A stretch of DNA of 64,000 nucleotides from Octopus vulgaris (GCA_951406725.2 OX597817.1:150226001-150290000); one strand, 5' to 3'. Numbered from the stretch's first letter, positions 24,831 through 39,423 are shown. Numbers and translations: made by a program. The notes: a model not told the origin generated them from the sequence alone.

Positions 24831-27130
24831 TAATAATGTAGATACATTCTTTTTATGCTATTGTTGTGTGGGATAAAAAAAAAACCCCCCAGAACGGTGG
24901 ACTGTTGGTTGGGTTATCATTGTCCAAATTAATTCTTATTTGAAATTACTGCCCTCTTAAACATATCAGAGAACATGCTCATTCCAATTTAAACGTTTCT
25001 ACAGCTTATTGCCCTTCATAACACCAACCATTGTACTGAGTGCATTTTGTTGTGCCACCAGCACTAGAGAGGTTATCATGTTCTCAGTAATACTAAAAGG
25101 TCCTCTTCACCCTGAGCTGTTGCTGTTCATTTGTCAATTACCTTGCAGAGTGTATTGAGTGCATGTTATCATAGTTCCAGTGTTAGTGTGGTTGCCTTGT
25201 AATCCACAAGACAAAACAGTCTTAACTATTCTGTTCGTTCAAGACAGTGTGATGGAGAGAGTGAATAGAAGAAAGACCCATTATGAGAGGATGATAGAAG
25301 AGAGAACATGATTGGAGAAACTGTGACTGGAGTGGGAGGGTGGTAGAGGAGGGAATAATGGAGGAGAGACAGTGATGGTAGCTACAAATATGAGAGAGAG
25401 AGCAAATGACAGGTAGGAACAGAAATGGGTGGAGCCATGAATGATAATAGAGGCTGGCAGAGAAGGTAGATAGTAATAGAGGTGGGTGAAGTCTTGGATA
25501 ACCATGCAGATGGGTGGAGTGACAGATTAATGCAGTTTAGCAGATTAATGATAGTAGCAGAGATGGGTGGTATTATAGACAGTAAAGTAATACATATTTT
25601 ACCTGTGTATACTTCTGAAACAGATTTTGTTTATATGTACCCTGAAATTAACCAAAGCAGTATCTTACAGCAGAATAATATTTTTTTAATCAGCATACCT
25701 GAAAAGTACTAACTTAAAGAATATGTTTTAACTTTTTTTTTTAATATATTTCAATAATAATTATTAATGGGCTGTTTCCTACTATTAATGGGTTATTGAA
25801 TAAATGAATATAAAATTTTTAAAAGTAAAGACTAAAATAATGAAATGTACTTAGTTTCTGTGTATATGATACAACAAGAATACACACACACACACACACA
25901 CATATATGGATGCAGGTATGTGTTTGTGGTTCAGACATTTGCTTCACGAGCACTTAGTTTCAGATTCAATACCACTGTGCGACACCTTGGGCAAGTATCT
26001 TCTTTAACCTTGAACCAGCCAAAGTCTTTTGTGTTAGGTATGTATACTCAAGGCAATCCAACATGACTGAGATCCTTGTGTGGGTGACAGGAGTCTGTGA
26101 CCATATATATATATATATATATCAGAGGCAACTCCAGGCTTGGGCTCATCATAAATTTCGTATCAGACACATGCCTGCTCAAAGAATTTCATGTTTTTCT
26201 GCAATGTTTCTAGCCCCAAATGGCTTATTTTTTATATCTAGCACTATATCTTTCTCCATTTCTAAGTTAAGGGTAAAAATAAAACAACCCTGCAAAACAC
26301 AACTGATCTTTACGCACAGATGCACAGAATATCAGCAATCAAATAACGACAGCTGAGTCCACAACAACCACCAGCAATCTGACTGTCGCCTGTACTCTTG
26401 ACAAGAGATGCCTGTTAGTCTTTTACACCTACCAGGCTCATTCGTGTTTGCTTGAGTTGCTGGGTAATTTTTCATTCCTTTAAGAATATTGTAGAGCAGA
26501 AACTTTTCATAGATTGGAATTTAAGTCCTAATCTCTATATGAATTTATTGTTTTAAGAAAACATTAAATTTGAGTTGCTTTTAATTTTTGCGATTATCGA
26601 TAACAACTTGGGCTGTAACTTCTGAGCCCAAGTCAGTGTGTGTGAATGATGTCGAAAGAACGTCTGCTACGAATGATATTTTTTGACACAGGGTATCTCT
26701 AAGATGACTACCAGATGCTGAACAAAAATAAATGAACTGCGACCAGGCTCAATAAAAGGAGTTTGAGTTATTGGCTGCAATTACATACTTGAAGTCAGTG
26801 TTGGTAGAAATTAAATCAGCCTGCAAATACATGTTCACTTTACTAGATTTATACTCGTGCTAAGCCCGAACAGACCAAGTGGCAGATTCACCACTGATAT
26901 ATACATACATATATATGTATGTATCATCATCATCATCGTTTAATGTCCGCTTTGTTCGAATCTTTGAAAATATGTCCAGTCATGGGTAAATATTACCTTG
27001 CTTGGATATAGATGAGGGTTGACAACATAAAGGGCATATGGCCATAGAAAATCTGCCTCAACAAATTGTGTCTGACCCATGCAAGCATACAAAAGGGAAC
27101 ATTAAAACAATGGTGGTATATATTGTTAAA

Positions 27131-27533
27131 AAGGCGGCGAGCTGGCAGAAACATTAGCATGCCGGGCGAAATGCTTAGCTGTATTCCGTCTGCCGTTACG
27201 TTCTGAGTTCAAATTCCACCGAAGCCAACTTTGCCTTTCATCCTTTCAGGGTTGATAAATTAAGTACCAGTTACGCTCTGGGGTTGATGTAATCAACTTA
27301 ATCCGTTTGTCCTCTCTGTGTTTATCCCCTTGTGGGTAGTAAAGAAATAGGTATTTTGTCTGCCACTACGTTCTGAGTTTAAATTCCACCAAGGTCGAAT
27401 TTGCCTTTCATCCTTTCAGGGTCGATAAATTTAGTACCAGTTACACACTGGGGTCGATGTAATCAACTTAATCCGTTTGTCTGTCCTTGTTTGACCTCTC
27501 TGTGTTTAGCCCCTTGTGGGTAGTAAAGAAATA
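27131..27533 (+). mobile_element. SINE family B, tandem dimer
   Basis: Two body repeats; about 16-bp TSD ggtatWtattgttaaa at 27115-27130 and 27534-27549. Confidence 0.9.
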
Positions 27534-28557
27534 GGTATTTATTGTTAAATGTGTGTGTGTGTGTGTGTGCATTACTTTCGAATATATAAAAAAAATAATG
27601 AAGAGAAATTTAAAACAGATTAACATTCGTTAGGTTCATTAATTCAAAAATTCTGTGCTGTGATGCACTATTTTTTGCAAATCTGAGGATGATACATAAA
27701 AACAGTTGTATTGACTGGATTGTGAAAGTTGGAATGCCTTTGTGTTGTTTCTATTAAAGTGGGTTATTAAAACACAAATAAAATTTAAAAAGTTAAATGA
27801 ATGGTGTGTTTCTGTTACTAAAAATATTAACATTGTGTTTGAAGGACTTAATTTATGCAAACTCACTCAGATTCTCCTTTCACAGATTGGCTGCCAACTG
27901 AGCATTTTATTTCTCATATACAGTTACTCATATAAACATACATACAAACATATATCATCATCATCATTATCATTGTTTAACGTCCGCTTTCCATGCTGGC
28001 ATGGGTTGGATGATTTGACTGAGGACTGGCGAACCAGATGGCTGCACCAGGCTCCAATCTTGATCTGGCAGAGTTTCTACTGCTGGATGCCCTTCCTAAC
28101 GCCAACCACTTTGAGAGTGTAGTGGGTGCTTTTACGTGCCACCGGTACGAGGGCCAGTTAGGCAGTACTGGCAATGGCCACGAAAAAATCTTTTTTTTAC
28201 GTGGCACCTGCACTGACAGGGTCACCAACTACTTGCAAGACAAAACAAAAAAACTTCTTTTGTGAGGAGAGGGGGAATAAGAGGAGGTAATCTTGTGTTG
28301 GATGGTGAAAGGTGATAATGAGACAGAGAGAGAGAAACAGGTGTCTTACTTTAGAGGAGGTACAAGGTTACCCAGCCAGAGAGAGAGAGCGATCAGGAAT
28401 GAAGACAGAAACAGATGGGCTGCCACAAAGGAAATGCATGGTTACCCAACTTGAGGGAAGTGCAAGAGAAGAGAGAGAGAGAGTGGGAGACAGCATACAC
28501 ACACACACACACATCATCATCATCGTTTAACGTCCGCTTTCCATGCTAGCATGGGAA

Positions 28558-28945
28558 GGCACTGGCATGGCTGTGTGGTAAGAAGCTTGCTTCCTAACCA
28601 CATGGTTTTAGGTCCAGTCCCACTGTGTGGCACCTCGAACAAGTGTCTTCTATAACCCTAGACCAACCAAAGCCTTGTGACTGGATTTGGTAACTGGAAG
28701 CTGAAACAAGCCCATTGTATATATGTGTGTGTGTGTGTCTTTTTGTCTGTGTTTGTGTCCCCCACCACCAGCACTTGACAATTGGTGCTGGTATGTTTAT
28801 ATTTCCATAACTTAGCAGTTTGGCAAAAGAGACTGATAGAATAAGTATCAGGTTTTAACAAAATAAGTGTTTGTTCAACTAAAAATTCTTCACAGCAGTG
28901 TCCCAGCATGGCCACAGTCTAATGACTGAAACAATTAAAAGGAAA
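28558..28945 (+). mobile_element. SINE family A variant
   Basis: Homology to 2577-2960. Confidence 0.8.
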
Positions 28946-29684
28946 ACGGTAAAAAAGATTTTATATATATATATAATGGACTCTCCCATTGTTAGATGAC
29001 ATATGAGGGTTTGACAATTTCTTACTGAAGAACCACACAGATGATTTGATTATAGTAATCAAATGTTTGTGTAGACATAAGCTCACTCCCTCCGTCAAAT
29101 CAACATTACCTGTACAGGTGCAACTGTATGTCAGACGCCGAAATGATTGCAGAGCAATGTGAAATGAAGTGCTATGCTCAAGAACATAAGGCAATGCTTG
29201 GTCTGGGAATCAAACCCACGATCTAGCAATTGTAAGTGCAACACCTTAACCACTAAGCCATGTGCTTTTATTTATATATATATGTGTGTGTATATATATA
29301 TAACACCAAAATAAAATAAAATGGAAATTGTTGTTAAGATACCCGTGCTGGTGACACGTAAAAAGCATCATCCGAACGTGGCAGATGCCAGCGCCGCCTG
29401 ACTGGCGTGTGTGTCAGTGACACGTAAAGGCACCAACCGATCGTGGCTGTTTGCCAGCTTCCTCTGGCCCCTGTGCCAGTGGCACATAAAAAACACCCAC
29501 TACACTCACGGAGTGGTTGGCATTAGGAAGGGCATCCAGCTGTAGAAACACTGTCAGATCACACTGGAGCCTGGTGCAGCCTCCTGGCTTCCCAGACCCC
29601 AGTCGAACCGTCCAACCCATGCTAGAATGGAAAACGGACGTTAAACGATGATGATGATGATGAGATATATATATATAGGGGGGA

Positions 29685-29940
29685 AGAATTCACGAAAAAA
29701 CAAAAGACGAAGACAGGCGGTGTAGAAAACAAACAGATGTATTAGTATAATGCTCAGGAATTGAAAAATTCTTTAACATTTCAAGTCTACGCTCTTCCAC
29801 AGAAAGAAATAAGGAGAGAAAAAAAAAATGTGTGTAGTGGCTAGCGATCTATCATGGCGAATGCCAGACAGAAGAGTCACACAGGAGAGCTAAGAAGTAG
29901 GGGAGATAACAAAGTAGTAGTGATCCCAAAACAAAGGTGC
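29685..29940 (-). mobile_element. Second PLE-like terminal fragment
   Basis: Reverse-complement homolog of 22578-22735, extended upstream. Confidence 0.55.
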
Positions 29941-30647
29941 GTGTGTGTGTAAGAGAGTATGTATGTGTGTGTGAAAGAGGGCTGATGATCTTGACGTGTA
30001 TATATATATATATATCTATGTGTGTGGTGTGTATGCCTATTTAAGGTAAATCATTTTGCTCTTGTATTGTCCTTTCCTGGACAGTTTTGATGTATTTTAC
30101 TACAAAAGAAATGAAGACCAAATCTTTATGACAAGAATATTGACTTGCACAACAATTGTGTTAAAATTGTACAACACAGATCCATTACCATGTTGGAAAT
30201 ATGTAATTTAGAATTAAAACAAATTTTATTTACATTGTCATCTTTGAAATATTTCCTTATTTTTGTAAATATGATTCTCTCTGAGCAAACATCTTTGTGT
30301 AGGTTAGACCACACTGGTTTAAGATAAAAATATTTTCATAGATAAGTCAGATCTGGTGCATCACTGTGCAAATATGAGGCAGGTGATATAAATATAATGG
30401 AATGATGATGATGATGTTAGTCATGATAAGGGTGATAGCTCAGGTGTGTTAAAATCTTACTTCGTAATTACAACAAAGAAGAACAGTCACAACAAAATAT
30501 ATCATTTACTTGCTATGTAATATTGTAAACATAAATAAAATGTAGAATATCGGGCATTCACACAAGAACTGCAGACTGTTTAAACTAAAAACTACAAAGA
30601 TATTTAGTTCATTTGGCAAGGAGTCTGTATACTCTAGAATAGACATT

Positions 30648-31240
30648 AATAATAATAATAATTCATTCTTTTATTAACCACAAGGACTTACATAAAATGA
30701 CATGACAAATTAAAAGACAACACAAGATGATACAATGGGTTTTAGCATGTGTAAACATTAAGAAAACAATAAAATCTCCCAATAGTGGGAGGTGTTTTAA
30801 AGGTCCTCATGGAAAAACCCACAAAGGCCACAGGTGCCTGATCAACGGGGCAAGAGCTCTTCATTTATTTCTTCACAGGTGTATGCTCAAAATTGGTCCT
30901 TTCACACTGGTCATTCTTCCAACATTCACCCACCTTTCAACAAACTTGCTAGAAGGCAACATTTCCCTCTCCACCCTCACTTTCCTCTTCAAGTGAAACT
31001 TGAAGAAGTTGATGAGGGTTTGGCCAAAGAGGAAAGTGTCTGACTTTAGCCCTTTCAGCCGAGTCAACCATACTACCTCTTTTGTTACAGCCACCAGACA
31101 GATAAAAACTGCCTGCCCCTCCCAGTCAAAGGAGGGTGGCAGGGAAATCTTCACTATAGACTCAGCTGATAGCCAGATCCATCCTACACACGATAGCAGG
31201 TTCGACATAAACCCACAGATCAGGTAATACAGTTCTATAT
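30648..31240 (-). mobile_element. L1/Tx1-like LINE 3' end
   Basis: ORF end VAVTKEVVWLTRLKG..LINFFKFHLKRKVRVERE..FVERW; 3' UTR ends aataaaagaatga(att)n. Confidence 0.65.
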
Positions 31241-31410
31241 AGAACTGTATTATCTAATTGGTACGGAGCCGAGATTAGACTTCAATGGAGACATAGAGAA
31301 ACTCCATCAAAAACTAGCTCGTCTTTCAAACCATCTAATTTTCCTGTGTAGATGTAGAGACTCAAAGCTGGCTTGAATATAATGACACCAAATAAACCCA
31401 CAGTTCAGCA

Positions 31411-31686
31411 ATGAAGAAAGTAACTGTCATCCCAGTAGTTGTAGGGGCACTGGGAGCATTTAATAGCCAGGTTTAAGAAATTTGTTGGAGAAATTGGGAT
31501 TGATATGAGAATAGAACATGCCCAGAAAACTGCTTTATTGGGGACAGCTAGGATTTTGAGATTGGTACTTGGGTGTTAAGTATTTTGGAAAGAGACCCTG
31601 GGAGACCTTTGACAACAGGTTGCTGTCTGCTCTTACGGAATTAACCACAGCAAAGGAAATCAAGAGCTCTGAGAAGTGAAATGGAG

Positions 31687-31718
<32 letters not shown>
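31411..31718 (+). mobile_element. R4/Dong-like non-LTR retrotransposon 3' end with (TAA)n tail
   Basis: KVTVIPVVVGALG...AQKTALLGTARILRLVL* is typical of the C-terminus of REL-endonuclease elements. Confidence 0.8.
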
Positions 31719-31719
<1 letters not shown>

Positions 31720-31773
31720 CCTCCATTTTGACTTGCTTCTAATCTGCTTTATTTACAATATTCCTCTTAGACT

Positions 31774-32187
31774 AAGGCGGCGAGCTGGCAGAAACGTTAG
31801 TGCGCCGGACGAAATGCTCAGCAGTATTTCGTCTGCTGTTACGTTCTGGGTTCAAATTCTGCCTTTCATCCTTTCAGGGTCGATAAATTAAGTACCAGTT
31901 ACGCACTGGGGTCGATGTAATCGACTTAATCCCTTTGTTCTTGTTTGTCCCCTCTATGTTTAGTTCCTTATGGGCAATAAAGAAATAAGAAACATTAGCA
32001 CGCTGGGTAAAATACTTAGCAGTATTTTGTCTGTCTTTACATTCTGAGTTTAAATTCCGTTGAGCTCGACTTTGCTTTTCATCCTTTCGGGGTCGATAAA
32101 TTAAGTACCAGTTGCATACTGGGGTCGATCTAATCGACTGGCCCCCTCCCCCCCAAATTTTTTGGCCTTGTGCCTAGAGTAGAAAAT
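31774..32187 (+). mobile_element. SINE family B dimer with an alternative tail
   Basis: 17-bp TSD aatattcctcttRgact at 31757-31773 and 32188-32204. Confidence 0.9.
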
Positions 32188-32559
32188 AATATTCCTCTTG
32201 GACTGGTTATGCAGACAGGCTCTGGAAGTTGTTCGAATTGAAATCACTGGTGGAATGGAGAGACAGATATTTTCCCCCTCCTATTTGTAAGGTTTTTAAA
32301 TTTAGAATTGTTTAATAAAAGTTATTCAAATTTTAAAAAAGAAAAAAAACTTTCATAGTGTTCGTTATATTTCAAGTGATCTGTAGAAAAACTGAGAATA
32401 GCTGCATCAGTATTTTCTGAAATACTTTTCTCTGTTCTACTATTATTCCAGAGTTCTACAAGAATGTGTATTGTGATTTTTTTTTTTTTAAGTACCCAAT
32501 CATCTGTGGTATTCAAAAAGGAAAAAAAAGCAAATATAAAGACTAACATTAGGTATGCA

Positions 32560-32577
32560 GGTGTGTGTATGTATGTG

Positions 32578-32634
<57 letters not shown>

Positions 32635-32657
32635 GTGTATATACATGTGTGCATATG

Positions 32658-32688
<31 letters not shown>

Positions 32689-32990
32689 ATTTGTATATAT
32701 ATATATGTATATGTGTATACACGTGTGTGTATGTATATATAATGTATGCATATATGTGTGTGTATGTATGTGTGTATATATATGCGTGTGTATGTGTATG
32801 TATGTAATATATATGCATGTGTGTGTGTATAATGTATGCATATATATGTATGTGTATATATGTATATATACATATATATAATGTATGTATATATGTAAGT
32901 ATATGTGTGCATATATATAAATATATGTGTATGTCTATATATATAAATATATATATATTATATTAGCCTTTTGGCTAACATCAAAGTGTA

Positions 32991-33034
<44 letters not shown>

Positions 33035-33060
33035 GTGTGTGTGTGTGTGTGTGTATATCT
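32560..33060. repeat. Compound (TA)n/(TG)n/(ATGT)n microsatellite
   Basis: Directly visible; source of spurious YI/VC ORFs. Confidence 0.95.
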
Positions 33061-33864
33061 CCTGAGGTACAATATGTATATATATACAGACGTAAAAGTT
33101 TTGTAACTTATTGTTGTAATAGTCATAGATTTATAATAAAACTAAAAAAAAATGTTACAGGAAGCCAGAAAATTATGCAGAAAATACACAGCTATATTAA
33201 GGTGAATGTTTGGTGTGAAATTCTCAAGGTATTCTTGTTTATTTTTCGTGTATCACACAGAGAACTGATGGTTCTTTGTTACCTTGTCCTGACCTTCATA
33301 CCCAGTAAATAACTGCATTCTCTTCCCAAATAACCTATTTGATAAGGGTGTTGTTTTAAATAGAATTACGAACCCCCAATCTGTAATATATTACATATAG
33401 AAAAAGGTGTGTTGAACATGAGGTAAACTTGAAGATTTTTTTTTTATAAAATGAACACCATATGTTTAAGTGATAGTATGCTCTGTCTATTAATAGGAAA
33501 TGTGAAGTAGAAATAGTCTACAGGCATATTAATAGCGCATCCCGAATGCATACCTCTGTGATCTAGTAGAAATAGATTAAGTTTACAGAATAACAGGGTT
33601 GTCTATGTTTTTGTTTTTAACATCAGTAATATTGACAAACAACACGTCTATAAAACAACATTCTCCCCTAAAAATGCTAGACCTTACAATTCCTTATGAT
33701 CTCTCATTGCAATCACACACACACACACACACGCACGCACGCACACACACATGCACACGCACACACACAGAGTCTGTAGGCAAGACTGTATTACAAAGGC
33801 TGAGTTTCCTTTTCAGTGCCAGAAAATTCTTCAATCTTAAATAAATATTATTACCATTAGGTTG

Positions 33865-33977
<113 letters not shown>

Positions 33978-34399
33978 ATTTTCTCTTTCTTTTCTCTCTC
34001 TCCTTTTCTTATGCACTGGGGTCGATATAATCAACTTAATCCGTTTGTCTGTCCTTGTTTGTCCTCTATGTGTTTAGCCCCTTGTGGGTAGTAAAGAAAT
34101 AGGTATTTCGTCTGCTGTTACATTGTGAGTTCAAATTCTGTTGAGGTCGACTTTGCTTTTCATCCTCTCAGGGTCGATTAAAAAAGTACCAGTTACACAC
34201 TGCCATTGATGTAAACAACTTAGTCCTTTTGTCTGCCCTTGTTAGTCCCCTTTATGTTTAGCCCCTTGAGGGCAATAAAGAAATAAATACATCAATGCCT
34301 CTGATCTGAGAGATGGATGGAACCCAAAGCTGGGCAGCTTGGTTTGGGGATTTGTGTGGCAGATATGGTCAAATGTTTACTGAAGTCATGTTTTTACTG

Positions 34400-34590
34400 A
34401 ATTTTCCAAGCACTGGTTACAGGAAACCAAGTTCCAGTAAATTTGACTTTACAAAAGCTGCACTGATTATCATTAGGAAGGAAATGGAGTCAAAGTGTCA
34501 AAGAAGATGGATGTTAATGATTGCTTCCATCACCTCTGTGATATTTGAAGTAAGACAGAACGTTATGTAGGTCAGAGGGATTGTGAAGAG
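34400..34590 (-). pseudogene. Degraded LINE RT fragment
   Basis: EVMEAIINIHLL..NDNQCSF resembles KVME.IIN..LL..L.D.QYGFR; similar to 130-1250. Confidence 0.5.
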
Positions 34591-35430
34591 CCACAAGAAA
34601 TGTTGCTAAACATTTTATCCTATGCACCAACAATTCTGCCAGCTTGCCGTCTATGTTGTGGATGATAGGGATTACGCAGTAATTGGATTACCCAATAAGT
34701 GCAGAGACTGATGGTTTAATAGAAAAACACATCAAGGGTGTATGGAATGTCAGTCAGGGATGAAATAAATTATTGTGAAGACTTGAAGATTACAAATGAT
34801 TCCTTTTCTGTGAGAGTCAAAAAGTGTTGTCGTCCTCAAAATCAGTGATGTCAATAATTTATTTCAGAGAAAGACAGAGTGAGAGATATATGTCCTTGAC
34901 GTTGGAAGAGTTCTAGTTAATGAGTTGTCAGTGGTTTAAGGAATACATAACCTTCACACAGTTCTCAAGGAGATTCAGCATATCACAGAGTGTGACAAGG
35001 ATGACCCTTTCAATTACAGGTATAACTCATTTTTGCTGGCTGAATGGAGTGGAGCATCATCATCATCATTTGACGTCTGCTTTCCATTCTAGCATGGGTT
35101 GGATGATTTGATTGTGGGCTGGCAAACCAGATGGCTGCACCAGGCTCCAATCTGATCTGGTAGAGTTTCTACAGCTGGATGCCCTTCCTAACGCCAACCA
35201 CTCCGTGAGTGTAGTGGGTGCTTTTACGTGCCACTGGCACAGGGCCAGTCAGGCGGTACTGGTAACGATCACGCTCAAATGGTGCCTTTTAAGTGCCACT
35301 GGCATGGAAGCTGGTTAGCCACTCTGTCAATGATCACAATGCGTCACCAGGAATAGAACTCGTGATATTACAATCATGAGCCTGACACCCTAACCACAAA
35401 GCCAAACACTTTCACTGGGGTCCACTAAAG

Positions 35431-35724
35431 CAGTGGTTCCCAAAGTGGGCGGTACTGCCATCATGTGGGCGGCAGAAGGATCAAGAGGAGCGTTGAAGAA
35501 AAGTGGGGCAATAATAGGGTGGCCAAAAGGGGGCATTTCCACCCCAAAAATAATGGGTTAACTAGGTTAAGTTTTATTTGTGAAATAAATTATTTTGAAA
35601 TATTTTGAATTTGCTGCAGAAAGTGGGCTACATTTGTGGTGCTGGGAGTGTGTGGAGTGGGGACACTAGGAATTTGGTTCGAGTTTCAAGGGAGCGACAG
35701 CCTGAAAAAGTTTGGGAACTACTG
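35431..35724. mobile_element. hAT-type MITE (294 bp)
   Basis: TIRs cagtggttcccaaa and tttgggaactactg; 8-bp TSD cactaaag / cactgaag. Confidence 0.85.
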
Positions 35725-36174
35725 CACTGAAGTAACCCAGGTAGTGGTGGTGGTGGTGGTGGTGGTGGTGGTAGTGATGGTGGAGTTAAACTTAGCAAAA
35801 TAACTAAGGCTATTGATAGTCTTGTCACTGCCAAGGGAAAAATAAAAAAATAACAAGAGCATGCAGAGAGCACAAACCTCAGCCAAGGCAACACCAGCAT
35901 CCTTGCAACGATTATTAGCCAGAGATCATCATCATCATCATCATCATCATCGTTTAACGTCCGTTTTCCGCGCTAGCACGGATTGGATGGTTTCGACCGG
36001 GGTCTGGGGAGCTAGGGACTGCCCCAGGCTCCAGTCTAGTCTGGCAGAGTTTCTACAGCTGGATGCCCTTCCTAACGCCAACCACTCCGCGAGTGTAGTG
36101 GGTGTTTTTTACGTGCCACCTGCACAGGTGCCAGACGGGTCTGGCATCGGCCACGTTCGGATGGTGCTGATTTT

Positions 36175-36466
36175 TAAAATGAGAATATCTGAAATAAACT
36201 CGACTGCTCTCACACACAAATGAGAATACTAAATATGAACCTGACCGCTCTCAAAAATTAAGTAAAAAAGCAGGAAAAATAATCCAGAATCCATGCCTGG
36301 TACCGAATCGATCCCAAAACCTAATCAGTTCATGCCAGTCATGTGGCTAAACATCCCTGAAAGTTTCATCCGAATCCATCCAGTGGTTCTTGAGCTATCT
36401 TGTCCACAGACAAACAAACAAACACAACTGAAAACAATACCTCCACCTTTGCTAAAGAGGAGGTAA
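36175..36466 (+). mobile_element. Helentron-associated (HINE/DINE-1-like) element, 3' half
   Basis: aagtttcatccgaatccatccagtggttcttgag block, (ACAA)n and terminal hairpin tacctccaccttt..aaagaggaggta. Confidence 0.55.
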
Positions 36467-36942
36467 ATATCCTCCCTACTTTAAACCACCAGTTCTACCT
36501 TCCTTGTCTAACCTTCCTCTTGCATTACTCTCATTCTTTCTTCATCTCAACCACTCCCAAATTCTCTTTCCTTTTCTCTTCCACTAATTTCCTCTTCCTG
36601 ACCACTCCCTTCATACATGTAGAACAAATAATTTTCTACCCTTACCTACAGTATCCAAGTTCTCATAAACTAGGAATGGAGAACACCTTTTCTTGCTCCC
36701 CAAAGAAGGATTGTGTCTGAATGTTGGAAACACTTTTCCCAATTGCCCACAAATTTAAGAAATTTAACGCTTTACTAATAGTTTTTGCAAGTGCATACCT
36801 AATTAGTCTCTATGGATTCTGTTTTGCTGTGTGTGTGTTTGTGTGTTTATAAATAGATAGGTATGTATGTATATATATATATAAATGGATAGGTATGTAT
36901 CTATATATGTAAATATATATATAAAGAGGGATCGATAGGTAG

Positions 36943-36980
<38 letters not shown>

Positions 36981-37052
36981 TATACACACACATATATATA
37001 CACACACACATATACACACACACACACACACACTATACATATAATATATATA

Positions 37053-37091
<39 letters not shown>

Positions 37092-37829
37092 TATACATAT
37101 AATATATATATATATATATACACTATACATCAGTGGTTCTTAATCTGTTTAATTGAGCACCAGATTCAAAACCTGGCTCATTTTAGGGGGTTGCACCAAC
37201 AAAAGTAAAACATAAATTAATTAAAGAAAAATTCTTTATATTCATAGAGGCAAGACCATCGAAGGCTGCTGGAAGGATGCTTGAGGGCCATATGAAGTCC
37301 TTGAGCCATGTTTGGGAACTCTTGTTATATACACTTATACATATAGTGAAGATGATGGACAGAATATCCAGGCTTTATCCACACACACACACACATATAA
37401 ACACACATGCACTCCCACACACATATATAGAAACATATGCATACTCACACACCTATATATATAAATACATCCACACACACACACATATATATGTATCTAT
37501 AAATATGTGTGTGTGTGCATGTGCGTGTGTGTGTGTGCATGTGCGTGTGTGTGTGTGTGAATTTTTTTAACGAAAATTATGCTTACAATTTTAGCCAGCT
37601 GCATCTAATGTAAACAAGTGTTGACAAATGTAAATAAATGCTTTTTTATCTTTCAGTGGAAAGAAAACATTTGCAGATGTCCTTACTAGTTTCATCTCTC
37701 CTTAGAGACTCAGAGGAGAACAATTACTACCATTTTCTGCTGCCTTGGTGAGGCTGACAGCTTACACCCGTTTACATCAAACATGGATCAGGGCTCAGCT
37801 AAATTGGTCACTCTAATTTGAATAATTTG

Positions 37830-38121
37830 CTCCCATGACTTTCGAAAACATTTTTAACGCTAAGAGTTGCTGAAGTATGGAACAAACAGCCGGCATCAGT
37901 TCCTAGTTGTCAGAGCACTGCATCCTTCAAAACTTCCATGCTTCCTGAGATTCGCCAACACTACACCTGATTTTCTCCCCTCCATACACACGCAAGCATG
38001 TATCTGACTCATACACTGTTCACTTTCCAGACATTTGTACATTACTGCATATGCCTTATGCACACTTTTGACAAGTTGTGGTGCACCTGAGCACTGTATA
38101 CAATAATTTCATTATTATTAT
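37830..38121 (+). mobile_element. CR1-like LINE 3' end
   Basis: RKHF..LRVAEVWNKQPASV..SFKTSMLPEIRQHYT*, then 3' UTR and (ATT)n. Confidence 0.75.
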
Positions 38122-38530
38122 CAGGAGTGGCTGTGTGGTAAGTAGCTTGCTTACCAACCACATGGTTCCGGGTTCAGTCCCACTGCGTGGCATCTTGGGC
38201 AAGTGTCTTCTGCTATAGCCTCGGGCCGACCAATGCCTTGTGAGTGGATTTGGTAGACGGAAACTGAAAGAAGCCTGTCGTATATATGTATATATATATG
38301 TATGTGTGTGTATATGTTTGTGTGTCTGTGTTTGTCCCCCCTCCATCGCTTGACAACCGATGCTGGTGTGTTTACGTCCCCGTCACTTAGCGGTTCGGCA
38401 AAAAGAGACCGATAGAATAAGTACTGGGCTTACAAAGAATAAGTCTCGGGGTCGATTTGCTCGACTAAAGGCGGTGCTCCAGCATGGCCGCAGTCAAATG
38501 ACTGAAACAAGTAAAAAAGAAAAAAAAGAA
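38122..38530 (+). mobile_element. SINE family A, young copy abutting the CR1 tail
   Basis: CpG-rich, near-consensus copy. Confidence 0.85.
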
Positions 38531-39175
38531 AGAATAACAGTTCATTCATTGGCAACATTATGAATTTATTATGTGCTACACATCATTTGTTACATAATCT
38601 TAGAGTAAGCCATGCATACAGTTTTAAACTTGGAATGAGTGCAAAGAAATGTATACACATATATATACATTAACATATATACAGGGTACTGAGAATAAAT
38701 CGTTGCTTAAATTACGCAAAAATGAACCATTTAAAACTTGTAATAGACATCTCATTTTAACAGCTATATTCAACACTTGGTTATATCAGCCATGCAACCA
38801 CACACATGCTGTTCTTGAAATTTTTCCCTCTCTGGACTTTTCCTTCCTCCACTTTATGACAAAGAGCTATGCTCAAAACATAAAAAAACCCTCTCTTATT
38901 TTCCACCTTTCTTAAGCATCAAACTGATACATTCCACAAATACATCCTCTTGTTGTTTTGTTATTGTCATTTTTCATGTTCGATTGTTAATGTTCAACTT
39001 TTAATATTTGATTTGGTGAGGTAAGAAGCTTGCTTTCCAACCACATGGTTCCAGGTACCATGCTCCAGGTTCAGTGCCACTGTATGGCACCTTGGGCAAG
39101 TGTCTTCTACTATAGCCACAGGCCAACCAAATCCTTCTGAGTGGATTTGGTAGGCAGAAACTGAAAAATTCCTTT

Positions 39176-39206
<31 letters not shown>

Positions 39207-39250
39207 AAACTTACTTGGAGAAATAAGAAAGTGACGCGAGGCGTTCAATC

Positions 39251-39331
39251 ATATAATAACAATTTAACAAATAAAACATATGCATACATACATATATGTA
39301 CATACCTACATCTATATGTATATATACATGC

Positions 39332-39423
<92 letters not shown>

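Noticed and set aside
32322-33126. Long YI/HT/VC-rich ORFs here and at 36.8, 39.2, 40.0, 46.8, 52.4 and 63.1 kb
   Set aside because: Translations of stop-free microsatellites
37131-37324. hAT-like MITE
   Set aside because: Termini are degenerate and the 8-bp TSD is unconvincing
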